Positions 47,075 through 60,278 of a DNA stretch of 64,000 bases are shown piece after piece. The notes beneath the pieces are model-generated. The model had not been told where the DNA came from. It searched no databases and saw nothing but the letters and a program-made list of their open reading frames with translations. Position numbers and translations under genes: made by a program. Each line of letters starts with the position of its first letter. The stretch's first letter is position 1. This stretch comes from Amphiscolops sp. MND2022 (Eukaryota), in contig OZ076409.1 in NCBI GenBank assembly GCA_964187785.1, positions 77,998,001 through 78,062,000 on the forward strand, written 5' to 3'.

Positions 47075-49119
47075 TATGCTCACGTCGAAAAAGCTCCCAG
47101 TAGCTACAACAACATTACCATGCAAACTATTCGTCCAAGCTTGGCGTATTGCGAAAGATTTGTGCATTTCAATACAAAGTTCACAACAGTTTTCCAGCAC
47201 GTGTAACAATCAACCTCCTCCTGCCTTGATCATGTTATCGGTAATAGCTTCTGAACACCCAATTTTTAGTCGGCGTATTTTCCTTAAGGAAAAAAGCCCG
47301 ACTATTACAGTGACTAGTTTTTTTGTCAGAGAACAGAATGTATGCGCAGTGGATACTTTTTACAGAACTACTAAACTACTGGACCGGCAACCGGAAAAGC
47401 ATCTAAGTTGGTGCAAATGGTCCTCCCTTCATTTACTCTATTTTTAACGTAAGATACAAAACCGGACGAGACTATAGGATTGGATTTTTTTGGCACTGTG
47501 CGAATTTTTGAAACGTTTTTTTGATATTTTGCAGCAAACTGGACTTTCAAAAACGCCCAAAGGGTGCCATCTTTTACAATTTAAAAAACTGCGCTTTTTG
47601 AGCCTTTGATATAGCGCCGACTTTAGACGTTCCCGTCTTGTTGAACCCTTGCCTTAAGCGATCATTATACACTTGAAGCCTTTATTCTAGTGAAACATCT
47701 CCAACGTCGAAATGACGATGAAACACTAAATGTACAGAAATCTGAAAAAACATAGAAAAATGGATCGCCCCAATTCTTTTTCCTTTTAGACCAAAAGTTA
47801 AGATTGATTAGCAGTGAAGCCAGCTTAAAAAATAATTATTGGATTTCGAGTTCAAATGATTTTCAGCCTCAAACGAGTCGCATCCTTGAAAGCTTTCAAA
47901 AACACTCTGAATCATGCATAACTAACCGAAAGGCAGATAGCACATCGGAACAAGTTGCATCAGATTTTCAGATTTAGTTAGAAGAGCCCACTCAGAGTAG
48001 CAAAAATACCACAATGAGAAGAAACTGGGTAACAACTCTTCAATAAAAGCGATACACAATTCAAGAGAAAGTTCACCGCGCAAATATTGAATCAAATCAG
48101 AATATGCTCATTGCCGTATTGACTTAATTTTTTACCCAGATAATGCCTATTTTTCATCTGAAGTCCCGGCGGAAAACTATGTAAACAATATTTCCAGAAA
48201 CGTTGACTCGATAGTTTCGAATAAAATTGTCTGTGAGTTATCCGTAGTTTTGGGAAATCTGAAAAAAGCTGAAGACCTGGAATTAGAAATAAATTTTTGA
48301 ATTGCTGCTCGTCAATGATTGATCAGTATAGTTGTGGTATCTTGAATCTCTGTATCGAATAATGAATTTTCTCGCAATTTTTCATGATCGTTAAAGTGTT
48401 CATGAAAGAAAATCCGATAAAGTTCGGAAAATTTTATTGAAGCAGATGGCAAAATTTTTGTTGAAAATGAGCTATTCTCCGAAAACAATAAGCTGCAAGA
48501 ATGTGATAGAATTTCTTCACCATCTTCGTAACGAACTTAACAAAAGATCAACCGAAGATGCATACTTCATTGACGAAGAAAGCTTTCGATACACTAGATC
48601 AATCAATTTTTTTACTAGGTTGAAAAATATGGGCAGAGGCCCAATTTTGCGACTACCAAATAGTTATCAATTACCTAAAGAACCGATATCAGTTGGTAGA
48701 AAGCAATGGCAAAACTTCATCTCAAAAGCTTTTAACTACTTGTGTTTACAGGAGTTCGTCTTGAGTCCTTTTTTTGTTTCTGGTATACATAAATGGTTAA
48801 CCACAATGTGTGCATGGATGCAAAATCACCCTTTTCGGTGATGATTCTACTGTTTTAAATTTGAAAAGAATTCAAATGAGGAAAACATAGTGTCAGCAAA
48901 TAAAGAAATGGTTTGATATGAACAAGCTTATAATTAATCTAACGAAATGCGAATCCGTCAGTTTCCGCAAAAGGCAACCGATTAAGGGTGAAATTTTTGA
49001 TGGAAAAATCTCGCTTGATATACTATGTAAGTATCTACGGGTGTCTTAAGGCCAGAATTTCAATTTCAAAGAGCAAGGACCAAAAAAGTTCAACACGTTT
49101 TGCGGATTCATCTACGAAC

Positions 49120-49307
49120 TACAGTCGAACTCGGATAAAAGAAACACGGATAAAAGAAAAATTCGGATAAAAGAAACGTTTTCACTCCTCCGCTTTTATG
49201 CAAGACAAACTTACTACGTTAATAGGACAACTGATAAAAGAAACTGTGGATAAAAGAAACTATTTTCCTACCGCCCTATGAGTTTCTTTTATCCGAGTTT
49301 GACTGTA
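49120..49307. mobile_element. pogo/Tigger-type MITE
   Basis: TA-CAGTCGAACTCGGATAAAAGAAAC ... GTTTCTTTTATCCGAGTTTGACTG-TA. Confidence 0.85.
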
Positions 49308-49416
49308 TAACGTTTTGGTTACGTTGTCTACTGCTTTTCTATACGATGTTTTTCTACTGCTCGTGTCGTGTACAAATTCCGTTGTCATTTGCGATCTCTT
49401 AATTCACGGAGCAACC

Positions 49417-49600
49417 GCGAAAATGTTCCTAGGTCGTGGAGGAATGCCTAACGCCGAATATTGATAGCTGTTTTTCATCAGAGACATAGCGACTCGTTCA
49501 TTTATTTACCAACACATTCATTTACCAACCCTACAAAGTTGAAGCAAAGATCTTTAGAAGTTACCGGTACGGAAATATACAAGTGGATGAATAATTTACA
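49417..49600 (+). repeat. Dispersed repeat, also at 1-186
   Basis: GCGAAAATGTTCCTAGGT...GTGGATGAATAATTTAC nearly identical at both places. Confidence 0.85.
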
Positions 49601-49610
49601 GCTAATTCCC

Positions 49611-50165
49611 GAATGTGGCAGATTTCGTCCCACGTCGAATTTTGACAGATTTCGTCCCAAACAGATTTCGTCCCATTTTTAACAGATTTCGTCCTATTTC
49701 TGACAGGTTTCGTCCCATTTTAAACAGATTTCGTCCCATTCTAGACAGATTTCGTCCCATTTTTGACAGATTTTGTCCCGGATTACGGGAAATTATTCTA
49801 TGCTATACACAAAATTAAGCGCTAATCGGTATAATCAATTAGGTGATTCTTCATTCGGTGCTGTTACAGCCAATATGTATGGAACTTGATTTTTTTGAAG
49901 AGGTTAGCATATTTGTTGTATGGCTCGGTCGCTTCGCTCCCTTCGCCAAGTAGCAACATTGAGGCATGGCCATATGGCACGTCGCTTCGCTCCTGCATTT
50001 AGGGCACTAGGGGTATGTGAACATAGCTGACTACGTTATAATAATTATTTGGGACGAAATCTGTCAAAAATGGGACGAAATCTGTTTTAATGTTTAAAAA
50101 TGGGACGAAATCTGTCAAAATTCCACGTCGGACGAAATCTGTTTGGGACGAAATCTGTCACTCCC
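49611..50165. mobile_element. Mutator-like MITE with CAGATTTCGTCCC subrepeats
   Basis: 9-bp TSD CTAATTCCC (49602-49610, 50166-50174); inverted arrays of CAGATTTCGTCCC / GGGACGAAATCTG. Confidence 0.85.
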
Positions 50166-50668
50166 CTAATTCCCACAAATAATAAAAGTTACTTAAAACA
50201 CTAACAAAGCTAGCTTCACGTCTAAGTAAAACATGCGTTTCTATTAACAATGAGCTATTTGTTCGATCTTTTCTGATGGTAGATTACCCCCTGTGAATTG
50301 CTGTTTTATTGTGAGGCGCAGTTCGTTGCTTCAAGAGTTAATCTTCCTTCAAATGACTTTCTTAGTTGATTCTCGAGGCGAAGACTTTTGGTAGAGCCGA
50401 GAAGATCGTCCTTCCCGATTTTTAATTAATTTTTGGACCACATTGAAAGTTAATTTATGTAACATCAAATGACCAAGTTATTAGTTGGTTGAAGTTACAG
50501 TAGATCGAAAATGCAACATGTTGCGAGCAGTTGAAATTGCATACGATGAAATGTCCTGTAATCTTATTTCGCCGAGACCGCTTGCGGGAGGGGAAAACAT
50601 GGTCCAGAGATTGACATTTGACCAAATTCGGGAAAAATCGATCTCATTAGAAATGGATGTTCTCATTT

Positions 50669-51338
50669 TTTAGTCGGCGCTTCATGAAGTGAAACGCGAC
50701 TATTATAGTGACTTTTTTTTTCTATCCACACGAACTGACCAAAATAGTTCTACAAAAGTTCTACAAAATATTATTGCATCAAAATGCACTATTTGATCTA
50801 GCGAACTGAACCAAAAAGGTATTTCCTGTTTTTCCGCGTAACATACCTTACCGGGCGAGACCAAAGACTCCCGCCTTTCATTTTTTTCGGCACTGCGAGA
50901 CTTTTTTTCGAAAAAAAATTTTTCCCCAAAGGGTCCCCCTGCATTTTTTTGATGTTTTGCGACAGAAAGGATGTTGAAAAATCTCAAAGGGTCCCCCCTT
51001 TCAGTTTTTTTTTCGGCATTGTGAGATTTTTTCCCGAAAATGACAATTTTTGTTTTCTTCAATTTTTTAATGTTTTGCGACAGAATGGATGTTGAAAAAC
51101 CTCAAAGGGTGCCCCCTTTCAATTTTTCGGCATTGTGAGACTTTAGCGCGCCAGGGGCTCGCGCTAGCGAGCCCCGGCGCGCCACTCGGTCCATTTTTTT
51201 AGTATGTAATTTTTTCAAAAAAAAAATTCGAAAAATTTTCGATTTTCGACTACTGTAAAAGAATACTTGACACTTGGAAGTCTTTTTGCTATTTTTGAGC
51301 CTTGGATATGGCGCCGACTTGAGCCGGTCCCGGCTTGT
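50669..51338 (+). mobile_element. HINE-like repeat, same family as 34533-35153
   Basis: Same termini TAGTCGGCGCTTCATGAAGTGAAACGCGACT ... GATATGGCGCCGACTT..CCGGCTTGT. Confidence 0.6.
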
Positions 51339-51746
51339 TAACAATTATTTTGCAACTCATTGTGGATCGGCAAAAAATCTTTATCTATATATATCGGCTT
51401 TGTTGGCATAATTAATAAGGAATTGTTCACTGAGAGCTTTCGAATGCTCATTTCGTTCCTAATTAACAAGGCTTATATTATCACATTAAGACATGTTCAC
51501 AAGGAATTAACTTGATTTGCTTTTTTGCAATTTTTAAAAATTCAAAGAAATCTAAAAGTTGAAATGTCTAAAAGTAAAAAAGATTTCTCAAAAAAAATTG
51601 TAAACTTGATCTATCTTTTCATTTTTCGAACGTTTTGCTGACTAATTGTCAGTCCCCGTAGGGGCAATTTTAATCATTTTGAGTAAAACTTGCTCAATGG
51701 CGATATACTGTTGAAAATAAAACTTATTTGATGTTGGCCGTTTCAG

Positions 51747-52755
51747 GGGGAAAATCGGAAATAGTGAATTTGCTTTCGAATTTCGAGTGGCTATTGCATC
51801 GGTGCCGCTGTGACCTGCTTAAACAACTACCCTTCGACGTGCAGCTTCTTCTGACTGTGAAAGATGAAGACAAAGACTCACTGCATTCCTTTTTGAAAAT
51901 CTGTGATCTCATGATCCAACTTAATCCCGGCACTAATTACAAAATGTTTCTCACTTACACAATAGCATCTTTATGCAACAAAATAGGGGCGTCTTCAATC
52001 TTCACAAAGCTCTTCACGTCTCTGTCGAAAGTAGTCAACCGTGGTTTCTGGTTTCTTCCATTGCATGACTCATTGATTCCGAAACTTACTTGCAAAATGC
52101 GGCAAGTTAGGTCCGTAGCTAATGATACTGAAATCATTTTCAGTAACAGTAAAGTAATTCTCCTGGCTTCCTCAACTGAGCTGATTCTTCTCAACCGTAC
52201 TGATGTGACCTTTACTCGATCTGTCAAGTTTTCCACCGAGTGCCCTATTGTGCTCGTCACAGTCATCAAAGACATGGAAGTCAATTTGGTGACTCAAGAT
52301 TGCAACCTGTGGGTATGCAATTTCTCAACAGGGAGTATTCAGTTGGTAACTAATCTATATCCTTCATGTAAGGTTATTCAAGCTTATTCCATGGTAGAAC
52401 ATTCTCTGGTCATTACTGTCCACTGCAATGGTGTGCTCAAAATATGGTGCTCTGTTTCTTACGAACTCTCTGCCGCTGTCAGTCTGGCAAACAACGGTGC
52501 TAACTTCTCTAATCCTGATACAATCACAGTATCCTGTGCTTTCTCTGAGGATGAGATTGTGAGGGTTGCGGTTGTGTGTACGGGCAAAGAAAGCAACTCT
52601 TGTCATGTGCTAGAGTATGATTGTGAAACAATGGAGTTGACCAAGGTCGCAACAATTGCCATGAGTAGTGATATCAAGAGCGGCTATATCAGCAAAAGTG
52701 GCGATATCATTGTTTCCACTGCTGCCGATGCTTCTATAGAGATATACAGTATCGA
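51747..52755 (+). CDS. Apaf-1-like gene, next exon (end of HD2 and start of WD40 repeats)
   Basis: Phase-1 acceptor matches donor 31521 (20.2-kb intron); EIVNLLSNFEWL; WD-like TVHCNGVLKIW and TAADASIEIY; phase-2 donor 52756. Confidence 0.75.
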
Positions 52756-54237
52756 GTAAGTATGTTTCTCAAATATGAACATTGACGTGTCATTAGCAAA
52801 AATCCACATTATAAGAAATATATCGCTAATTTCAACTATGAATATAGCACTCACTTAATAAAAACTTGTTAAAAATAACAATAGCAAAGCTTGATGATCG
52901 CGGTACAAACTACTGTGTTTTTCACTTGTTTTCAGTCGCAGTTTCCCGCCCATTGAGGAATTTTCAGCGATTTGATAAGCACTTCAAATGCCCAAACGTC
53001 AATTAGTTAAATCCCCTAACAATTAAAAATTCCCTTTGAACATGGGAATTTCAAATTGCATTTCAGAAATCAATTTTTCACTCATGCAATACAAAGTATG
53101 AGAAGATGCACAACTTGTTCTCTTGCAAAAGGTGAATTGAATTTATCATTTCATCTTGGAAGCTTATAAGCGATGTCAAAACTCTGAAACATACACAAGG
53201 AATCATTTCAAGCAGAACTCAGTAATACTTATTTAATTCCCATATATGCTACATGAAAGGAAACGTAAAAGAGCATGTATGTCTCATTTGGCTTCTAATT
53301 CACTTGGTACATAGAAACGCTATTGAATTTGTTGTCGGGTTTTTCGAAATTGAATGACCTGGACTGACGAAAAGTCATGAATTCATTTATCGCAGAACCT
53401 TTTGTGCCACGAAAAATCTTCAGGAAGGGTTCCCTGGGCTAATTGGAGGCAACTTCTTGTTTTCATTTCTTCGAAAGAACTCCTTTGTTGTTTTTACCAC
53501 GTGAGAGTCGTCAAGAGTTGTGGAAAATGAGAACTATGCTCCTAATTTTTACGCATTTATCCCAAAGATCAGAATCCGTTTTTGGTTTTGTTTCGTCTAT
53601 TTGACGGTTTCTGGATAATTGGTCAATTTCATTTGCAATTGGAAATTTTCGTGCCTGAGCAAAATCGCTTGACAAAGATAAATGGCCTTATTTAAGTCAA
53701 CGGTTCTGGTTTATTGTGGTCTCTAAGTTTCCCTGTTCAACTGAAGACAGGATATTATGCTTTTTAGACCGTATTCGACTTTTTCATTGTCTATCTACTT
53801 CCTGAATTTAGGTGTTTTTTAATAGTTGGTCAAATGACTATTCGAGACCAAATGATGGATAAAGTGTAAGTACTTAAGTGTAAGCTGCCTCCTTTTCTTC
53901 ATAAGAATCGATTATTTTATTTGTAATTGGTTACCGATTATGGAATGTAGTCTTTAACTTGAAAAGAATTGAAGGCATGGATGGAAATACGAAAATACTA
54001 GTGTGATATTTTAGCCACTACCTACGATTGAGTTCATAGAGATAGCAATCACTTGGTGCCTCTAGTTTCTCCAGCATTAGAATTTCTACTTAGAAAAGCC
54101 ATTAAATAATAATCAGAGTCTTTCTGGTCTAAACGCGATGTCTATGGTCCATTTTAAACACTACTGGAATTGAAAAATAATGCTATAGAATTTTTAGACT
54201 TCATATGCGCATAAAAAATGTACAAATTGTGTTTCAG

Positions 54238-55735
54238 GACCGAAACCTTCATTCGTACTCCTGGCGTTTCTTCAACTCTATTGGCCCAAACCAGAAGCGG
54301 CTTGTACGTGTTTGTTGACGAATCTGGAACACTTGATCTCTGTACGCTGGAAGGAGAAACGCAGGTTGCTCCCGTGCTGTCGCAAACACTCGAAGTGGGT
54401 GCTATATCTCAATGCTACGTTGCTGATGACGTGGATGATCTGATTGTTCTATCCATTGAATCGAACTCCGAACGCAGTCCTAAAATGCTGTCTATTTTAG
54501 CACTGCAATCTCTGCTTTATAGCTCCCTTACAGATCCCAGATCGGTCGTTAGATTCGAAATTAGAAGTGATGTTAATCAAGTTTTTCTAAATGGCGATGG
54601 ATCTCTTGTGTACTCCATTTTGTCCAATCGGATCATATGCGAGGCAACAGATACATTGAATCCTGTTCAAGTTTACAGTTTACTCGGAAATGTGAAGCTG
54701 TTTTGCTATACGGAAGCTATATTCGGCGGCCTAGTGTGTTTGTATTTCGAAACAGGGTTCTTCATTCTACTCAAGTGCCCTTCTTTTGACAGGCTCTTTG
54801 ATTCTACTGACACAAAAATTCATGAAACGGCCCCATTCTTCTGTTTCTTCAGTGAGCACTTGTTATACTTTGTCTTCGAAGCATTCATTGAGATATGGGA
54901 TTGCCAACTTTTGAAGAACCTGATCATCAAACTTCCAGTGGAAATGCCAATTTCAGATGCTGCTATTTCTGGCCATTGTTTACAACTTCTGCACAGAAAT
55001 GGAATGGTGCGTAGTATAAATCTTCAGGACATGGCGTGGGATCTCATTGGTTTTAATAGCTCTCCTCTGGATAATTTGTGGATGCGACCATTCTTCCTAT
55101 ACGTTCCACTGCTTAAGGACTGGCTGGTAGGATTTGTTTCAACAAGTTTCGTTTCATTGACCGGAACATTTGGCTCAACGGAGACCACCAAGTTTGACCT
55201 TGGGGTTTCGTCTCATGACTACAACCCTTTGAGTGTACAAGTTGTTGGAGTGAAGAAACTGTGTGTTATTTTAGATGATTCTACGAAACAACAGATCATC
55301 TTGAAAGTATACGATTTCAGTAATCTTTGTGACGCTCAAAGCTATACGTTGTTATACGAAGAAAGCACCTATGCACAATACTGTAGAACTAATCCTTCCA
55401 GTATTTGCATTGCTGCTGACGTTTCAAAAATGCTCTGGGTTGAAGAGAAGACAGCATATGTTGCTCTGGTGTCACCTGATGATCATAAAGTTGTTAAACT
55501 AAATGTCTCAGAAAACATCACCAAAGCTGCATTTGCAACCGATGATATCGTATTCATATGTTGCGATGACTTCACCTTCCATCTATGTTCGCTGGACATG
55601 TCAGAAAATGTTCAGAAAGTTACAGATGCGAATAGCTGCCACGAGGCATCTGTCAGCAGGGTTGATCTGTATTTCGACGAGCAGTGTTCTTGGATAGTGT
55701 CTTGTGACACTAAAGGATCTGTCTGTTTTTGGATT
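54238..55735 (+). CDS. Apaf-1-like gene, WD40/beta-propeller exon
   Basis: Phase-2 acceptor matches donor 52756; FIEIWD, HEASVSRV..IVSCDTKGSVCFW; 3' boundary uncertain. Confidence 0.7.
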
Positions 55736-58700
55736 GTCAGACCCGATCGGTATCGCTCTTGACAATTTTTGCTCAAAAATTAAAGCCACAATTATGTTAA
55801 TGCTGCTTGATTTTCGAACCAAAACACCCGCTATGCACCGGGGTATTTTCGGCCTTCAATTGGCTAACTATAGAATTAGTCGGCTGAGCTTTTTTTTTCT
55901 GTCGGACGACATTAAAGACGCGTTGGAAAAACCATGCACCGCAACTGCTGATGATGCATGCAAACAGCTTTTGCAGCATGTTTCAAAATGGATCCCATTG
56001 TGTTTACATTTCTATAAATGGTGTGCTTAGATGTCTGTAATTCTATGCTGCAATTAGTGTGCAAACAAACCGAATACCGTTTTCATAAACACTGAAATTG
56101 ATGGACAATATAAAGTCCTGATAATTCAAATTATTGTAGTGTTATTTTACAGTTATTATTGTAGGCTATTTTAAATTGAATTAATAATTTAAATTCCATT
56201 TGAATTATGAACAACAAGCCGGGAAGGCCCAAGTCGGCGCTCCCGCTCAAGGTTCAAAGAATTGAGTTTTTTTAAATACCCGAAGAGATAAAAGTAAGAC
56301 TCGAAAACACTTTTTGCCCAACTGGAGACAACAAAACCCGTTTCGCTACACCGAAAACTCGAAAAACGAAAACTTGAGAAATGTCTCCGGTAAGTCACAT
56401 AGTGCTGAAAACCCTAAGGGGTCCTCCTATGCTCGCAAAACTTTTGGTCTCTAATAAAAATTGAGGGGGCTTCGATAAAAACCACTTAGAAAAAAGTTGC
56501 ATTGAACCGAAAAAACGCGATGTCAGACAAAAAATGAGAGGTCACCATTTGATATTTTTGAACTTCATCTGTTGCAGAGAATTTTAAATTGAAGGGGGAT
56601 CTTTCGGATACATTGAAAAATTTTGAAAAAAATTCTCAAACCCGAAAAAGGGGGTGAACGTCTCGTAGTGCCAAAACAAGTGGAAAGGGAACCCTTCTGC
56701 TGTGGAATGGTTTTGTATTTCATGTTAGAGGCTTTGGATGCGTTCAAAATCAAGTACCAAGTACTTATGGTAAAATTGCACAGTTCACAAAAAGTGGACC
56801 GATCGCGTTCAACTGACGAAAAAACAACTAGTCACTGTAAGAGGGGTGCTTTTTCTTCGAAAACGCCGACTAAAAATGGACGTCACTACTTGCATCAAAG
56901 TTTGTTTGTAGACAAAAATTTTGTTATTGACCTCCATTTTCATTCAAACATACAAAGACTCTTTATTTAGCCTTTTGGAATTGGACAAAAGCTGTTTTTA
57001 GTGGGCACCTTTTCCCTCAAGGAATTTTTTTTCAGCCTACAATCTCACACTGAATGGTCCACTTTTCTTACAATTCTTAGAATCTTACAATTTTTACAAC
57101 TCTTACTTAGCTTACGAAGTAGTATTTTTACATCATCTAAGAAACTCAACGTGGCCAAAGGGTACTCCCTTAGAGTATTTTCGGCTCTGAGACTTTTTTT
57201 CGAAAACAAAATCACCAAATCACCCCTGCAATTTTTTGATATTTTCCGACAGAATGGATGTTGAAAAATCCCAAAGGGTCCCCCTTTCAGTTTTTTTCGG
57301 CATTGTGAGACTTTTTTCATTGTGGGATTTTTTCATAAAAGGGTCCCCAATTCACCAATACTTTGACATTTTGAAGTCCTTTTGCTATTTTGAGCCTTAG
57401 ATATGGCGCCGACTTGGGCCGTTCCCGGCTTGTTGTGGATTTTCAGGGCCTTTCTGATAAAAAAGCAGCTTCAACTTTCCTTCCTGAAAACGTACTGGAT
57501 CGTTGTTTTGTTCGCTTTTGAGTTGGCTTAATGTTGAAACCCTACGAAAATGTTAGAAATTTCTTCTCAATGGGAGTCGAAGAGACCGAACAGATCTCTT
57601 CGACTCTTGTTGTATTGAGTCGAAAAGACATTTTTTTAACGTACTTTTCGGATTTCTTTTTAAAAAACATCATGCAAAGCTGGTTGCTCTGTCTTAGAAC
57701 TTTTTGGATTTTTAACCCACGAAAATATTTGAAAACTGGACAAAAATTGCATAAAAAGCCCACAATTTTGAAAGTGTTGACTATTTTGCCGCCATTTTGG
57801 TTATAACCAAAAAAATCTCATCGCACGAAACTAAGTTTGTCAGTTTAATTCCAGTGGAGAGTGCCTTTAATTTGGGTATGATATTGGTGCGTGGCTAATT
57901 TTTGGGGAAACCTCGCTCAGTAATTTTCCTTTCCCACATGGGAAAATAATGAATCATGTGCCACATGCCGGAAACGTTTGCAATTTGTGAATACTTCGAA
58001 AGTTCGTGCGCTAACGGGAATTTTGAAAAACTTTGGCACAACTAAAGATAATGGGTACCAAATGTGGCATGTTTCTCCGATATACGAGGCAAGTTTACTG
58101 TTCACTGAGCTGCAAGTGGAGTTTCAGTCGGCGACAGAACGCGGTCGGTATATCGAAAGGTGTGACTCAAAACAAGCCAGCCAAATCCGAGTCTATTTTC
58201 GTTACTTTTGAACAAGTCCGTTTGACAGTTTAAGAATATTGCTTCGAATTTTGCGTGTCAACTAACAACGCGCACGAATAAACAAGTCGGGACCACCTAA
58301 AGTCGGCGCCCGCTCAAGGCTCAAAAAGTCTTAAGATTTTAAATACACTCAAGGGTGGTTTTTGAAAAGCTTTAGAAAAAATCACAGTGCGGAACGAAAA
58401 ATTCGAAATTCAGTGTGAAACTTCGAGCAACAAAAAACCCAAAATAGTCAAAAAATGTTGAAAGTTGAGTGCCAAAAAACCCAAAGGTATATTTTAGGCT
58501 CCAAAACGCTTTTTAGGAGTCGCAAAAAAATTTCGACTACTTATGCAATCGTGTTTTTTTCTCCCGACCTTTCATGAAAATTTCAAATTTCTCAAAAACT
58601 GTCCATACGATTTTCATGAAATTTTGCACAGTCATTCTACACCCAAAGGGGCCCTGCCTGCGCAATGGCATCAAAATCCTTTGACTGGAATGTGAGAAAC

Positions 58701-60041
58701 ATTGCCAAAAATGGCCAAAAAACAGCCATTTTTCAACTTTTCATTATTGAAATCATTTTTAAAACTCAAGAACAACCCTGTGGTGAAATGGAAAAATTGT
58801 CGAAAAGTTGCACAGTGCCGAAAAAATCTTAAACGAGGACCGGACCCTGCAGCCTCGTCTACCTTTGCAAATGTGAAAAAAAAATTGGACCCGAGCGAAA
58901 TTCGATCATATGACCACCCGCGCTTCAGCTGTGCACGCTAATCACTATGCAAAGCAACCTTCGTGTGTTTGAGCTATCGGTGCATTAAAAAAACAAAAAA
59001 AACTAGTCACTGTAATAGTAGCCGACTAAAAACCAGGTGATATATCTAAGACCGACAATTTGCAAAAACAAATTATCGTCTGTTTAATTCGTGCTCCTCA
59101 ATATTGTTATTGCTTTTTTTCAATCCCTAGTGATACAAATTAAGTGGATTCCACCGTAAATAACTTTTAGCTCTAACCAAGCGTCACTGTTTCATCGTAT
59201 TTTTCAGTGTTAATTTCTGCGTAAGCTGCAATATTACTGTAACATGGACTGTCAACTTTTTTCTGTCATTTTTAATGATAGGAAGCGAACCAGTCCAGTT
59301 TTACTAATTGATCATTCACTAGAGCTTCGCTAGCATTCGAATAAGACTGCAGAACGTCATCACCGCTTGTTATAAGCATTTTTTAGTCGGCGCTTTTATA
59401 TAATAGAAAAGCCTGACTATTTAGCCACAGTATTTTTTGTTTTTCCTCAAGACAGTCTCGGATGCAACGAAATTTTTGTTCAGTTTGTTCAACTAAACGA
59501 ATACCTGAGAAACGCAAGTTATTGCAAAGGGTCCCCCTTTAAACGTAACATACAAAACCGGACGAGACTGAAGGGTCCGCCCTTTAAATTTTTTTCTGTC
59601 TCCGAAGGGTCCTATCCGGAGTAAAGCGTTATATTCGAACTATATTGCGTTTTAGGAAGGAAGTGGCTGAAGTTCGAAAACAGTTTTCATGAAAACGTAC
59701 TACGCATATTTTAAAAAACTTTATTCAAGTAACAAGTCTAATATTCCAGGATTTGAATGCTTTTAGTCACAATTACTGAGCTCGTATTTTCGCAAAATTC
59801 AAAACTGAAAATTGAGAAATCTTTTGCAATTGGAAGACTTGCTCCCGGAGAATTTTCCTATTTGATTTTTCAATCAAATTAATTCTTATATGAGGTCTCC
59901 TATCGAAGAAAAAATGAATTACAGATTTTATTGCAAACTTTATGTAGCTCAAGACCAATCAAATTGATGAGTGAATGAGTCTCAGAATATTGAAATAGAA
60001 ATTCGGTTGATCTCACGGCTAAGTGATGATGCCACTTTTGC

Positions 60042-60278
60042 TCAATGCCAGTGCATCCTTTGCTGCTCCCATCCGGCGGGATATTTGAAGTAGCCGTGAT
60101 CGATACTGGCTGCATCGTCTTCGGAGTCTTCAGGTGATGACGTAAGCATTCCTGCTGCTCTTCGCTCTGGCATATCGGATGCCAGGTATCTTCGTGGCAT
60201 CAGGGCCCATCTAGACTGTCCCACAGACAAAACCATATAAATGATTGCGACAATTGCCAACAATTTTTTATAAGCCAT
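60042..60278 (-). CDS. Small secreted peptide / neuropeptide-precursor-like ORF (78 aa)
   Basis: Signal-peptide-like MAYKKLLAIVAIIYMVLSVGQS; two RR sites; acidic spacer; GC-richer than flanks. Confidence 0.6.
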   Translation of the reverse strand: MAYKKLLAIVAIIYMVLSVGQSRWALMPRRYLASDMPERRAAGMLTSSPEDSEDDAASIDHGYFKYPAGWEQQRMHWH

